Shown here: piece after piece, positions 1-10,195 of the stretch
How the letters are laid out: every line of letters starts with the position of its first letter
Numbering within the stretch: position 1 is the first letter of the stretch
NCBI GenBank assembly: GCA_030037855.1
Contig: JASHPY010000077.1
Span: 2,035-66,034, forward strand
Source of the DNA: Thermoplasmata archaeon
Lineage (GTDB): Archaea > Thermoplasmatota > Thermoplasmata > Lutacidiplasmatales > UBA184
DNA length: 64,000 nt
Reading direction: 5' to 3'
Notes under the pieces: model-generated
Databases searched by the model: none
Told to the model about the DNA's origin: nothing
Seen by the model: the letters and a program-made list of their open reading frames with translations, nothing else
Position numbers and translations under genes: made by a program

Positions 1-176
1 TCACGCGCTTTCGGGAGGCGTTTCGGGCGACCACGGAATCTCCCTTGACCCCGGCAGGGCCCGGGAGAATATCACTCTCCCATCACCGGACCTCCCGGCC
101 CGGCCGAACGGTCTAGCGGTCGCCGGACCGATGGCCCGGACGCTCGAGGCAACCGGTCGGGGAGAGGACCGGCCGC

Positions 177-584
177 TCAGTGCAGGGCGACCGGCTGCGC
201 GGGAGTGGTGTCCGGCTCCACCACGACCGCGGTCCCGAACGCGAGAACCTCGGTCATCGAGTTCCCCATCTCCGACGTGTCGAACCCGACCGCAACGACC
301 GCGTTCGCGCCCAGGCTCTTCGCGTGCGCCACGAGCCGCTCGATCGCCTGGTGGCGGGTCTGCTCGAGCAGCTGGGTATAGAGCGTGATCTCGCCCCCAC
401 CCCAGGCTCGGAAGTACGCGGCGATGTTCTGCCCAAGGCCGCGCGACCGCACGAGCAACCCGAACGTCGTCCCGATGACGCGGGTCACATGGTACCCCGA
501 GACGAACGGAGTCGTCACCACGATCAGGTCGGTGGGAGGCGCAAAGGGGTTGGGCACGTCTGCTGGCAATTGCGACGCGGGCAT
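177..584 (-). CDS. YbjQ/UPF0145 family (putative heavy-metal-binding) protein
   Basis: Motifs VTTPFVSGY..GTTFGLLVRSRG..GGEITLYTQLLEQTR..A..LGANAVV. Start moved to the in-frame ATG at 584 of ORF 177..875. Confidence 0.88.
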   Translation of the reverse strand: MPASQLPADVPNPFAPPTDLIVVTTPFVSGYHVTRVIGTTFGLLVRSRGLGQNIAAYFRAWGGGEITLYTQLLEQTRHQAIERLVAHAKSLGANAVVAVGFDTSEMGNSMTEVLAFGTAVVVEPDTTPAQPVALH

Positions 585-780
585 GCCGAGGTCACCGCCG
601 AGGGGTTCAAGCCGTTTCCTCACGGGAGGCCCGGACCGCCCCGCCGTAGCCCGCGGCGACGCGCTTCTCCCGAGATCCCCGAGGAGGGACCCGGGCGCGT
701 CCACCGGCCGGTCGATCCCCGTTCGCGGGAGGATGGCTGACGCACGGATTTCAAGGTGCGATACCTGGGCGGGACGTCGA

Positions 781-2031
781 ATGCGCGACCCCCCACTCAC
801 CGCCTCGCTGGAGTCCGTGCGCCGCCTGACGATTGCGAAGCAGCACCTGGCCGGGCCTCGGCCGTCGCGCGCCACGTCCCGCGCGATCGTTTCGATGCTG
901 CGGGACGTCGCCTACATCCAGTGGGATCCGGTCAGCATCGTCGCTCCCTCCCACCTGATCTCCCTCTGGAGCCGGGTCGGCGACGTCCGGCCCGCGGCCC
1001 TGGACCGACTGCTGTGGAGAGCGAAGACGCTGTTCTTGCACTGGACGCCGATCGCCTCGCTCGTCCTGACCGAGGACTTTCCCCTCTACCGCTCCCTCAT
1101 GCGCCGCTACCCCGCGTCGCTCGGCCGGTCCTGGAACAGTCAGCGCGTCGCCGCGAGGAGGTTTCTCGCCACGCACGCGGAGCTCCGGAGAGAGGTACTG
1201 AGGGAACTGGGGAACGGTCCGCTCACGCTCGGCCAGTTCGAGGCTCACGTCCGAACGAGGCGGAACGACTCGGACTGGGCTCCCGCGAGCGATGTCTCGC
1301 TCCTGCTGTATCACCTACTGATGGGAGGGGAGGTGATGGTCGTCGGCCACGAGGGAAACCAGAACCTCTGGGGCCTCGCTGAGCCGTTCCTCCCGACCGG
1401 GGTCGACCGGACCGAGCTCACCGACGCAGAGTACGAGCGCACAGCGTCCCAGCGGGCCCTCCGTGCGCTCGGCACCGCGACCCCCCGCGAGATCAAGTTC
1501 CACTTCCCTCGAGGGCGGTACGACCGCCTCGGGTCGACCCTGGCGGCGCTGGAGGACGAGTCGCTCATCCACCGGGTCCGGGTCGAAGGGTTGTCCGATC
1601 GGGAGCCACGGTACATCCACGACCGAGACGTGCCGCGGCTCGAGTCGATGAGCACGTCGGCGTGGCACCCCCGCACCTCCCTGCTTCCGCCGTTCGACAA
1701 CCTGCTCGGTAGCACGCAGCAGGTCGACCGTTTGTTCGGTTTTCACTACATCCGGGAGCAGTTCCTACCGAAGGAGAAGCGCCGGTACGGAACCTACGTG
1801 CTGCCGATCCTGTCGGGCGAGAGGTTCGTCGGCCGGATCGACCCTCGACTCGACAAGACGACCGGGACGCTCGTGGTCCAGGCGGTGCACGCCGAGCCCG
1901 AGGCGGCCGACGACCGCGACGTCGCGGCGGACGTCGCCGAGACCGTCGCCCGGTTCGGCGAGTTCCTGCGTGCGACCCACGTGACGTACTCCTCGCGAGT
2001 TCCCCCGAATTGGAAGCGCGCGCTCCGTTGA
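781..2031 (+). CDS. YcaQ/AlkZ-family crosslink-repair DNA glycosylase (winged-helix, HTH_42)
   Basis: IQWDPVSIVAPSH (QxD motif), LLPPFDNL, R.YG.YVLPIL..ERFVGRID. ATG at 781 lies about 27 nt after an AT-rich TTTCAA box. Confidence 0.85.
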   Translation: MRDPPLTASLESVRRLTIAKQHLAGPRPSRATSRAIVSMLRDVAYIQWDPVSIVAPSHLISLWSRVGDVRPAALDRLLWRAKTLFLHWTPIASLVLTEDFPLYRSLMRRYPASLGRSWNSQRVAARRFLATHAELRREVLRELGNGPLTLGQFEAHVRTRRNDSDWAPASDVSLLLYHLLMGGEVMVVGHEGNQNLWGLAEPFLPTGVDRTELTDAEYERTASQRALRALGTATPREIKFHFPRGRYDRLGSTLAALEDESLIHRVRVEGLSDREPRYIHDRDVPRLESMSTSAWHPRTSLLPPFDNLLGSTQQVDRLFGFHYIREQFLPKEKRRYGTYVLPILSGERFVGRIDPRLDKTTGTLVVQAVHAEPEAADDRDVAADVAETVARFGEFLRATHVTYSSRVPPNWKRALR

Positions 2032-2158
2032 GCGCGACCGCCGCCGGTCGGTCGCCCCCGAAATCGAGCGCTCGGACGAGGAGGTCCGCCGCGCGGACGG
2101 CCCCGCGGTCGAGCGGCTCACCGGACTCGTTTTAACGGAATCGAAGTTGCGCGGCGCG

Positions 2159-2872
2159 ATGGCCCCGGAGAATCCGACCTCGCTGTTCCCGATCACGATC
2201 CGTCGCGCCTTCACGGTGGGCCGGTTCTTCGTCCTCTACGGGATGGTCGTGTCGGTGCTCGTCAGCGTCGCGCTCAGCTTCTCGGCCGGTCCGACGAGCT
2301 CCACGACGTTTCCGTTCCTCCTCCCGATCTTCAGCGTCCTCGGTTCGATGGGCGCGCTCGTCGTCTTCACCAACGACCGGGTCAAGGGCGTGCTCGAGTA
2401 CCTCCTCGCCTACGGGATGTCCCCCCGGGGCATCTTCGGGAACTTCCTCGCGACGGGCCTCGTGCTCACCTCGCTCATCCTCGCCGTCGCCGTCGGCGGG
2501 AGCCTGGCGGTACACCTCGCGCTCGGGATCCCGATCACGCTCCAGCTCGTCGAGCTGCTCGCGTTCTACGCGATTCCGATGAGCTACGCCTCGACCGCGT
2601 TCGCCGCCTCGGTCGGCATGTTCTGGACGTCGCTCTCCTCCCCGCGAACCGGGATGAACAGCCCGATCGGGCTCGTGCCGTTCGTCGGCATCCTACCGGC
2701 CCTGGGAACGCTCGGACTCCTGACGGTTCTCGCGACCCGCGGGGTCTATTCGTCGAACGAACTCGTGCTGGTCGCGCTCGGGGTGGTCGGGGTGATCGCG
2801 CTGGTCGTCGCACTGCTACTGAGCTCGACCGGACGGCTGCTCCGGCGGGAGCAATTGCTCTCGCCGCTCTAG
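2159..2872 (+). CDS. ABC-2 type exporter permease
   Basis: About 6 hydrophobic segments, DRVKGVLEYLLA motif, directly upstream of an ABC ATPase. Confidence 0.75.
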   Translation: MAPENPTSLFPITIRRAFTVGRFFVLYGMVVSVLVSVALSFSAGPTSSTTFPFLLPIFSVLGSMGALVVFTNDRVKGVLEYLLAYGMSPRGIFGNFLATGLVLTSLILAVAVGGSLAVHLALGIPITLQLVELLAFYAIPMSYASTAFAASVGMFWTSLSSPRTGMNSPIGLVPFVGILPALGTLGLLTVLATRGVYSSNELVLVALGVVGVIALVVALLLSSTGRLLRREQLLSPL

Positions 2873-2889
2873 CCGAGGAGGGGACGAGG

Positions 2890-3744
2890 ATGAGCGCTTC
2901 CGCGTCGATCGAGTGCCGCTCCCTGAGCGCGGGGTACGCCGGGAACCGCGTCCTGGAGGACGTCTCGTTCCGGATCGACGAGCCGGCGATCTACGTCCTG
3001 CTCGGCCCGAACGGGGCGGGCAAGACGACCCTCCTGCGGGTGCTCGCCGGGATCCTCGAGCCGTACGGGGGCGAGATCCGGGTCTCCGGGGCGCCGATCG
3101 GCGACCCCCATCGCCGGGACCAGGTCCACTACCTCTCCCACACGGACGGGATCCCGGACGGGCTCACCGTCCGCGAGGCGCTCGAGTTCTACGCGCGGGT
3201 CGAGCGGGCCGGCGCTTCGGACGTCGAGCGCGTGCTGGACCTGCTCGAGATCCGGGCGCTGGGGGATCGGTATCTCTCGCAACTCAGCGCCGGACAGCGG
3301 AAGCGGGTCTCGATCGCCCGCGTCTTCCTTCGCGAGCGGGCGGTCTACCTGCTGGACGAACCCACGAGCAACCTCGACCCCGGCGTCGCGAGCGAGATCC
3401 GCGCGCTGATCCTGAACCTGAGCCGCGAGAAGATCGTGATCTACTCCTCCCACAATCTCTTCGAGGCCCGGGAGATCGGCCGATACGTCCTCACGATCAA
3501 GGGCGGCCGGCTCACGCTCTTCTCCCGCCTCGACGCCCTACGGAGCGCGCACTTCGTGATCGGGATCCGCGCCCTCGGGCCGTCGGACGCGCTCACCGGG
3601 CTCGCTCGACAGGGCGACTACTACCTCCGGGAGCTGAACGGACCGGAAGACGTGCCGGAGCTGATCCGCGACCTCGAGGCCCGCGGCGTGAGGATCCGGG
3701 AGGTTCGCGAGATGGGGAATCCGCTGGAGGACCTGTTCACCTGA
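2890..3744 (+). CDS. ABC transporter ATP-binding protein
   Basis: Walker A GPNGAGKTT, signature LSAGQ, Walker B LLDEP, H-loop SSH, C-terminal LEDLF. Confidence 0.93.
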   Translation: MSASASIECRSLSAGYAGNRVLEDVSFRIDEPAIYVLLGPNGAGKTTLLRVLAGILEPYGGEIRVSGAPIGDPHRRDQVHYLSHTDGIPDGLTVREALEFYARVERAGASDVERVLDLLEIRALGDRYLSQLSAGQRKRVSIARVFLRERAVYLLDEPTSNLDPGVASEIRALILNLSREKIVIYSSHNLFEAREIGRYVLTIKGGRLTLFSRLDALRSAHFVIGIRALGPSDALTGLARQGDYYLRELNGPEDVPELIRDLEARGVRIREVREMGNPLEDLFT

Positions 3745-3783
3745 GGTCCCCTTCGGTCGGCGGAGCGGGAGGGAGGACGAAGC

Positions 3784-4203
3784 ATGTCGGACACGCGGAA
3801 CGCCGAGGGAAAGCTCTGGGTCGGCTCGGTCGTGATAGACTGCCGGCGGTTCGAGGAGATGATCTCGTTCTGGAAGGACGCGCTCGGGTACGAGTTCCGC
3901 GCGCCCCCCTCCGACGACTGGGCGATCCTCGAGGACCCGCGCGGGGTCGGGCCCAACCTCTCGTTCCAGAAGGACCCGGACGGTCCGGGCGCGACGTACT
4001 GGTTCCACTTCGACCTCTACTCCTCCGATCTTCGCGGCGAGGTCGCCCGTCTCGTCGGACTCGGGGCGAAGGTGATCCGACCGGCGCGAGAAGGGACCGA
4101 CTACGTGACGCTCGTCGACCCGGACGGGAACCCGTTCGACGTCATCGATACGCCCGGGTTCCGGTACGGGCAGCGGAGCGACCCGGTCGACGATCGGACC
4201 TAG
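3784..4203 (+). CDS. VOC/glyoxalase family protein
   Basis: VVIDC..FW..ALG, HFDL, DPDGNPFD motifs. Confidence 0.85.
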   Translation: MSDTRNAEGKLWVGSVVIDCRRFEEMISFWKDALGYEFRAPPSDDWAILEDPRGVGPNLSFQKDPDGPGATYWFHFDLYSSDLRGEVARLVGLGAKVIRPAREGTDYVTLVDPDGNPFDVIDTPGFRYGQRSDPVDDRT

Positions 4204-6023
4204 GCCGGGCGGCCCGCGGCCGGCCCCTCCGTCGGAACGTCCTCGAGCGAGAGCAACCGGCCGACCGGATACTCTCCGATCCGCTGGGCGGCGAACCACG
4301 GGGACCGCTCGTAGAAGAAGTCGAGCCGGGCGCCCGGGTTCCCCGCGAACGCAGGGTCCTTCAGGCGCGACTCGAACTCGGTCTTCTGCGCGGGGTCGCT
4401 GGCGAGCGCCTTCGCCGCGAGCGGCTCGAGCACGTACGGCTCGGCGCCTTCCTTCTGCTCGAAGATCGCGTCGAAGAAGCCCCAGCGCAGCGCCGAGTCC
4501 GGGGCTTCGGGCTCGAGCCAGTGGATCGCCACCTTGGACAGACGCTGGTCGAGGGGGACCACCACGGGCCCTTCCGGGAACGTCATCGTCTCCACCGAAA
4601 GGACGCACGAACCGAACGCCCCGAACTCGCGCTCGACGTTGCCCCCGCGGAGGATCGGAAACCGCCCCTCGAACGGACGGCTCGGCCACCGCATGCCGGA
4701 GCACCGGTACCGCTCCACCCGGCCGGTCCACTCGGTGGTCGTCCGGCGCATCGCGACCCCGTGCGCCTCGAGGACGTCGACGACGCGGGTCCACGGTCGC
4801 GGGACGATGTACCCGCTCGGGGGACGGACCGTGACCGCGACCCGCGCCCGCGTCTCCATGGGTAGCCGGGTCGCGCGGGGCTCGCGCGAGTAGCGGACCG
4901 CGGTCGACCCCGAGGCCGCGCTCGGGTACCGATCGTACCCCACCCCCCGGAACGGGACCTCGGTCGTCTCCCCCGTCGACGCGACCACGAGCGGGAAGTC
5001 GGCCGCGCGGCCCGGTCGCGTGCCGAGGCGGCTCGCCGCTTCGTCCGCGTCCCGGTTGCGCGCCTTCAATGCCGGGGCCTCTCGATCCAGGATCTCGAGG
5101 AGCCCCCGGAGGACCTCGTAGTTCCCGCCCACCCGGGTCCGATAGTCCTTGAGCATGTGCATCTCGACCAGGAGCGCAGGTCGGTTCTCGAGGGTCACGT
5201 ACCCCGTCGAGAAGCGTGGCGGGTTCTCGTTGAACGCGAGTCCCTGCGCGGGGTCGGCATCGTCCCGGAGGAACACCGCCGCGGGGAACGCGAGATGCCC
5301 GCTCGCGTTCACGTGGCGTTCGATCCCGGGCGTGACGACCGACCGGACCCATTCCGCGGTCGCGGGGAAGACGTCGGGGGTCGCGTCGATCGCGAACGTG
5401 ACGTCGTACTCGAAGTCGGCTCCGTCGGTGACGTGGTCGTCCACGAAGAAATCCGGCATCCACCGGTGGAACAGCCGAAGGAACGCCCGGGTTTCGGGCG
5501 CGTCCGCCTTCAGGTAATCGCGGTTCAGGTTGAGATTGGTAGCGTTCGCGCGCCAGCCGGCGGGCTCGGGCCCGTTCTGGTTGATCCGGTGGAACCCCGA
5601 GCGGCGCTCGTGCCCGTCGACGTTGTAGATCGGGACGACGACGAGGACGACCCGCTCGAGTAGCTTCGCTCGCTCCTCCTTCCGCACGACGTCCCGCAGC
5701 AGCGCGAGACAGGCGTCCTTTCCGTCGGGCTCTCCCGAGTGGATGCAGTTCTGGACGAGGAGGACCGCCCGGCCCGAGGCGTGGACGGTGGCCGGGTCGA
5801 AGACCCCGTCCCGAGAGGCGACCACCGCGAGCAGCGGGCGGCCCTCCCCGCTCCGTCCGAAGCTCTCGAGCCGTATCCGGTCCGGATACGCGCGCGCCAG
5901 CCGCTCAAGGTACGCGACGGTCTCGGCGAAGGTCGGCGTCGTGCGATATCCGCTCCGCTCCGCCGGTGTGGCCCAGTCCGTCTCGGAGTCCGGGGCGTCT
6001 CGGACCGACTCGGGGGAACTCAT
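4200..6023 (-). CDS. M14 family zinc carboxypeptidase
   Basis: IHSGEPDG (HxxE), NLNRD, DDHVTDG. No signal peptide seen. Start taken at ATG 6023. Confidence 0.88.
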   Translation of the reverse strand: MSSPESVRDAPDSETDWATPAERSGYRTTPTFAETVAYLERLARAYPDRIRLESFGRSGEGRPLLAVVASRDGVFDPATVHASGRAVLLVQNCIHSGEPDGKDACLALLRDVVRKEERAKLLERVVLVVVPIYNVDGHERRSGFHRINQNGPEPAGWRANATNLNLNRDYLKADAPETRAFLRLFHRWMPDFFVDDHVTDGADFEYDVTFAIDATPDVFPATAEWVRSVVTPGIERHVNASGHLAFPAAVFLRDDADPAQGLAFNENPPRFSTGYVTLENRPALLVEMHMLKDYRTRVGGNYEVLRGLLEILDREAPALKARNRDADEAASRLGTRPGRAADFPLVVASTGETTEVPFRGVGYDRYPSAASGSTAVRYSREPRATRLPMETRARVAVTVRPPSGYIVPRPWTRVVDVLEAHGVAMRRTTTEWTGRVERYRCSGMRWPSRPFEGRFPILRGGNVEREFGAFGSCVLSVETMTFPEGPVVVPLDQRLSKVAIHWLEPEAPDSALRWGFFDAIFEQKEGAEPYVLEPLAAKALASDPAQKTEFESRLKDPAFAGNPGARLDFFYERSPWFAAQRIGEYPVGRLLSLEDVPTEGPAAGRPA

Positions 6024-6180
6024 GCTGCAGCGCTCCGACGGTCGCACGACCGGGTCGAACGGACAGCCGGTCGGGCTAATCACCCCTTACGAAGAGCGAT
6101 CGCCTCCGGGACCCCGCCGGCCCGAGGCGAACCGATCTCGATCGCGTTATCGGCCGTCGCGGTTCCGGGAGCGACCGGCG

Positions 6181-6843
6181 ATGGCGAAGGAGAGGAAGCG
6201 CTGCGCGTGGGCGCGTACCGACGACCCGGTGATGCGCGAGTACCACGACCGGGAGTGGGGAGTCCCCCAACACAGCGACCGTCGGCACTTCGAGTTCCTG
6301 ATCCTGGAGGGCGCTCAGGCGGGGCTCAGCTGGTCGACGATCCTCCACCGGCGCGCCGGCTACTCGAACGCGTTCGCCGGGTTCGACCCGGTCCGGGTGG
6401 CCCGATTCTCCCCGCGCCGAGTCGAGTCGCTGATGCGCGATTCGGGCATCATCCGAAACCGACGGAAGATCGAGTCCGCGGTGACGAACGCGAAGGCGTT
6501 CCTGAAGGTCGCGCGCGAGTTCGGCTCGTTCGACGCCTACTGCTGGCGGTTCGTGGGAGGGCGACCCCGGCAGAATCGCTGGGGGGCGGGCCGCCCGGTT
6601 CCGGCGACCACCGCGGAGTCGGACGCCTTCAGCCACGACCTGAAGTCGCGGGGCTTCCGCTTCGTCGGTTCGACGATCGTGTACGCACACATGCAGGCGG
6701 TCGGAATGGTGAACGACCACCTTCCGAGCTGCTTCCGGTACTCGGAGATCGGTCGCCGCGCCGGCCGGGAGATCGCCCCGCACCCCCGCTCTCGCCCGGT
6801 CGGGGGACCGGTGGCGGCGGCTAGAGACCGACGCGCAGCTTGA
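6181..6843 (+). CDS. tag: DNA-3-methyladenine glycosylase I
   Basis: RCAWA..YHDREWG, LEGAQAGLSW, IIRNRRKI, FRFVG.TI.YA.MQAVG.VNDH..C. Confidence 0.95.
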   Translation: MAKERKRCAWARTDDPVMREYHDREWGVPQHSDRRHFEFLILEGAQAGLSWSTILHRRAGYSNAFAGFDPVRVARFSPRRVESLMRDSGIIRNRRKIESAVTNAKAFLKVAREFGSFDAYCWRFVGGRPRQNRWGAGRPVPATTAESDAFSHDLKSRGFRFVGSTIVYAHMQAVGMVNDHLPSCFRYSEIGRRAGREIAPHPRSRPVGGPVAAARDRRAA

Positions 6844-7519
6844 CGTTCTGCCACCGCGACGGCTCGACTCGGGCCGCGCAGAGGTCGGTGACGGCCTGGA
6901 AGAACGGCGGAGGGGCGTTCGGCCGCACGGACGCCAGCAACCTCGAGAGTTCCGTCACGTTCAGCGACGGAAGCATCCACCCGAGGATCGCGAACAAGCG
7001 ATCCGGAGGCATGCTCGCGATGATCTTCCCCTGCATGCCGAGCATCTCGGCGTCCGTGAGGTGTTGCTGCATGAACGGGGTGAGCTCGGTCTCCTCGCGA
7101 TTCATGTGGTTGAGGTAGGCGACGAGGAGCTCGTTCGCGGCGGCGTTCAGGCGACGGCCGGCCGCGACTCGCTCCTCCGAGGAACGCAATCCCGAGATGT
7201 CGTGCACCCCCTTCTCGAGAGCCAGCTCCCGACGGGTGAGGTCGTGATGTTCCTCGATGAGCTCGGTGACGAGCCGCTGGCCCGCGAGGGGCGGGGCCAC
7301 GAAGATCTGCGTCTCCTCGTCGGAGGCATGTTTACCCATCACGCAGAGGACGCAACCCGCCGACCGGGCCACGGCGAAGTCGTGCTCGAGGTCGGTCGCG
7401 AGCGCCGCGGTCGCGGTCGCGTCGGCGAAGTCGTTCGTCTGGAGACGGCTCGACAGGTTGTAGAGCATCGAGCGCAGCCCCTTGTGGATCGGCGTGAACA
7501 GGTCCTCCGTAGCGGTCAT
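6821..7519 (-). CDS. Hemerythrin-like (HHE) domain protein
   Basis: IHKGLR, HASDEE, EEHHDL and HMNREE iron-ligand pattern. Confidence 0.8.
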   Translation of the reverse strand: MTATEDLFTPIHKGLRSMLYNLSSRLQTNDFADATATAALATDLEHDFAVARSAGCVLCVMGKHASDEETQIFVAPPLAGQRLVTELIEEHHDLTRRELALEKGVHDISGLRSSEERVAAGRRLNAAANELLVAYLNHMNREETELTPFMQQHLTDAEMLGMQGKIIASMPPDRLFAILGWMLPSLNVTELSRLLASVRPNAPPPFFQAVTDLCAARVEPSRWQNVKLRVGL

Positions 7520-7639
7520 AGTTCGTCCGGCATCCTCCGACCGTGCAGCGGATTCACGTCGGGTATTAGTAACTCGACCCCGGCAGCGTAGCGACGGCGG
7601 GACGGTGTCGTCCGCCCGGGGGCGGGACCTCGACCGCCG

Positions 7640-8035
7640 CTACTCGGGGAGCGGTCCGAAGAACTCGAGCCAATTTCCGTCCGGGTCGCGCGTGTACACG
7701 ATGTTCTCGTAGCGTTCCCGGATCCGTGCGACAATCGGGAACCGTCGGCGACGCAGTTCCGCCTCCCACGCCTCGACGCTCGAGACCCGGAACCCGAAGT
7801 GGTCGAACTCCGTCCCTCTCCGAAACGGCGTGTGGAACCGGTTCCCTCGCGGGTAGTAGTTGAGTTCGATCCACTGGGTCGCACCGGGAAAGATCAGATG
7901 CACCCAGACCCCACCGTGGTCCATCCGCCCGCGCCGCAGGACTCGGAATCCCATCTTCCGATAGAACCGGAGCGACCGCGCGAGGTTCCGAACGCGAAGC
8001 CCAGCGTAGCGGAACTCGACCTTGACTCGGGGCAC
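7640..8035 (-). CDS. VOC/lactoylglutathione lyase-like protein
   Basis: YAGLRVRNL.RSL.FY, IELNYY, DHFGFRV, DPDGNWLE. Confidence 0.87.
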   Translation of the reverse strand: MPRVKVEFRYAGLRVRNLARSLRFYRKMGFRVLRRGRMDHGGVWVHLIFPGATQWIELNYYPRGNRFHTPFRRGTEFDHFGFRVSSVEAWEAELRRRRFPIVARIRERYENIVYTRDPDGNWLEFFGPLPE

Positions 8036-8168
8036 GAGGCTCCGAGACGAGTACGCGGTTTAACGCTTCCGGCCGCGTCCCGCCGGCGGCGGGGCGAGGC
8101 CCCGATTCGTCGCCGGGCGGCTCGCGTCCGATAGGTTTGAGTCGCCCGAGCTCCTGCGGGGCCGACGC

Positions 8169-8603
8169 ATGGAGATGCAGATCCGTCCGTTCGCGGCCCG
8201 AGACGAACCCGAGGTGATCTCGCTGTGGGAGCGATGCGAGCTGACCCGACCGTGGAACGACCCCCGCAAGGACATTCATCGAAAGGTCAGCGTCAGCCCC
8301 GACCTCTTCCTCGTGGGAGAAGTCGACGGACACGTCGTCGCGGCGGTGATGGCCGGTTACGAGGGTCACCGGGGCTGGTTGAACTACCTCGCGATCGACC
8401 CGTCGCTTCGACGCCGCGGGCTGGGTCGAGCGATCGTCGAGGAAGCCGAGAGACGACTGCGCCTCCGGGGCTGCCCGAAGGTCAACCTCCAGGTGCGGAC
8501 CACCAATCGGGAGGCCATCGAGTTCTACCGACGGCTCGGTTACTCGGTGGACGAGGCGGTCAGCATGGGGAAGCGCCTCGAGTCGGACGAGCCGACGCGC
8601 TGA
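8169..8603 (+). CDS. GNAT acetyltransferase (YpeA-like)
   Basis: PWNDP, MAGYEGHRGW, RRRGLG (motif A), GCPKVNLQV, N..A..FY. Confidence 0.9.
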   Translation: MEMQIRPFAARDEPEVISLWERCELTRPWNDPRKDIHRKVSVSPDLFLVGEVDGHVVAAVMAGYEGHRGWLNYLAIDPSLRRRGLGRAIVEEAERRLRLRGCPKVNLQVRTTNREAIEFYRRLGYSVDEAVSMGKRLESDEPTR

Positions 8604-8682
8604 GCGTTCGGTCGTCGAGCCCGCGGCCGCCCGAACTACGAGCGGTCGTTCGGCCGCGGCGGCGGATCGACGCGGCCCGGAG

Positions 8683-8886
8683 TCACTTCGACTCGGGGTC
8701 GCTCCACTCTCGCATCGGGGTTCGGCGAACCCCGGCCGCCCGGGCGAGGGCGCTCTTGGCCCCCTCCTTCGCGAGGTGGGGTGCGTGCGTGACGTCGATC
8801 TCGACGTCCTTGCCGATCCCTCCCAGTGCCTGACCGATCTCGTGCAAGTGCTCTCGGAACCGTGGTCGCTCGGACTCGTCGCTCAT
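8683..8886 (-). CDS. Small hypothetical protein (67 aa)
   Basis: Natural composition (MSDESERPRFREHLHEIGQALGGIGKDVEIDV...). Fills the gap between two genes. Confidence 0.6.
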   Translation of the reverse strand: MSDESERPRFREHLHEIGQALGGIGKDVEIDVTHAPHLAKEGAKSALARAAGVRRTPMREWSDPESK

Positions 8887-9045
8887 GGGCTCGGACCGAG
8901 GCCTCGGGGCTGATAGCGGAAAAACCTTGAGGTGCACCGGCATCGCGGCGACCCCGCGCGGCCCGCCCCGGGGCGCGGGCCCCGTCCGGAGGAGCCGGGG
9001 CGCTCGCCTCCTGGTGCGAAGCCGCTCGATCCACGGGCGGGTCGG

Positions 9046-9972
9046 CTACCCCGGGGGCGTCTTCATTCGCTCCCGCACGGACGCGACGTTCTGCTCGAAC
9101 GACTCGGCCATCGCCCACGAACGGAACCGGGCGGGGATCTCGACGTCCTTCGACTCACGCGCCGCCTCGCGAACGGCCGTGAGGTAATCTCGGGCGACCT
9201 CGATCGTCTCGGGGGTTCCGAGCGGTCCGTGACCGGTACCGATGCGTTCCGGATGCAGCTCGTCGATCCGATCCAGAATCTCGAGCCACGTCGGAAGGTC
9301 GCCCGACGCGAGGTTGGGGTGGTTGTCCGCGACGAGCAGGTCCCCCGCGAAGAGGATCCGGCTCTTCGGCAGCCAGAGCAGCGCGTCGCTCTCGGAGTGA
9401 CCCCCTCCGTAGGTAAGGAGCGAGGCGTCGAGGTCGCCGGGCAATCGGAGCTCCCCATCGAACCCGTCGGAAGGGGGCGTCAATCGGATCTCCGCGGCCT
9501 CGGTGCGCAGCATCCGATGGAACCGGAGCGGCTCGTCGTACTCGGCCCGGCCGCCGTCGGTGGATTGCGCGCGCTGCCGCTCTTCGAGCTCGCGGATCTC
9601 GGCGTCGAGCTTCGCGGGCGTGAGCTCCTGCTCCATCTCGGCCCTCAACTGGAGCACCCTCTCGATCGTTCGCCGCGTCGCGTAGATCGGACGGTCGGCA
9701 AAGACCTGGTTTCCGAGCAAGTGATCGAGGTGGCGGTGACTATTGACAGCAAAGGACGGCGGGCGACCGGTGAGCGCGACCGACGCGGCCCGGATCTCCC
9801 GGGCCGAGTGGAGCGTCAAACTGGTGTCGAAGACCACCGTCGCGCCGCCGAGGTCGATGACGCCGGTGTTGGAGAGCCCCGTTCCTTGCGGGCGCGCGCG
9901 GCCGAAGCTGACCCCGTCCTCCAGCGTCTCGAACGCATAGTGAGTCGACCCGTGCGCCGTCGATTCGGACAT
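9046..9972 (-). CDS. Metallo-beta-lactamase fold hydrolase (cyclase-like)
   Basis: NSHRHLDHLLGN (HxHxDH), GHSESD, LFAGDL, TGHG. Confidence 0.88.
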   Translation of the reverse strand: MSESTAHGSTHYAFETLEDGVSFGRARPQGTGLSNTGVIDLGGATVVFDTSLTLHSAREIRAASVALTGRPPSFAVNSHRHLDHLLGNQVFADRPIYATRRTIERVLQLRAEMEQELTPAKLDAEIRELEERQRAQSTDGGRAEYDEPLRFHRMLRTEAAEIRLTPPSDGFDGELRLPGDLDASLLTYGGGHSESDALLWLPKSRILFAGDLLVADNHPNLASGDLPTWLEILDRIDELHPERIGTGHGPLGTPETIEVARDYLTAVREAARESKDVEIPARFRSWAMAESFEQNVASVRERMKTPPG

Positions 9973-10195
9973 CTCCTCGCGACACGCGGGCTTCGGCATA
10001 AGCCCGTCCGAGGGTCGCCGGCCACGGCGCGCCCGCTCCCGACCGGAGCGCACGAACCGGGGGCCGGGATCGGGACCGCGGTCCCGTCGCCACGCCCGGT
10101 CGCGGTCACGGCCTCCGCCGTTTCCGACGAGGCCGCGGAGGCGGCTCGGTTCTGCCGCTCGGGACCACTCGAACGTCGCCGCCGGGCGACGGGGC

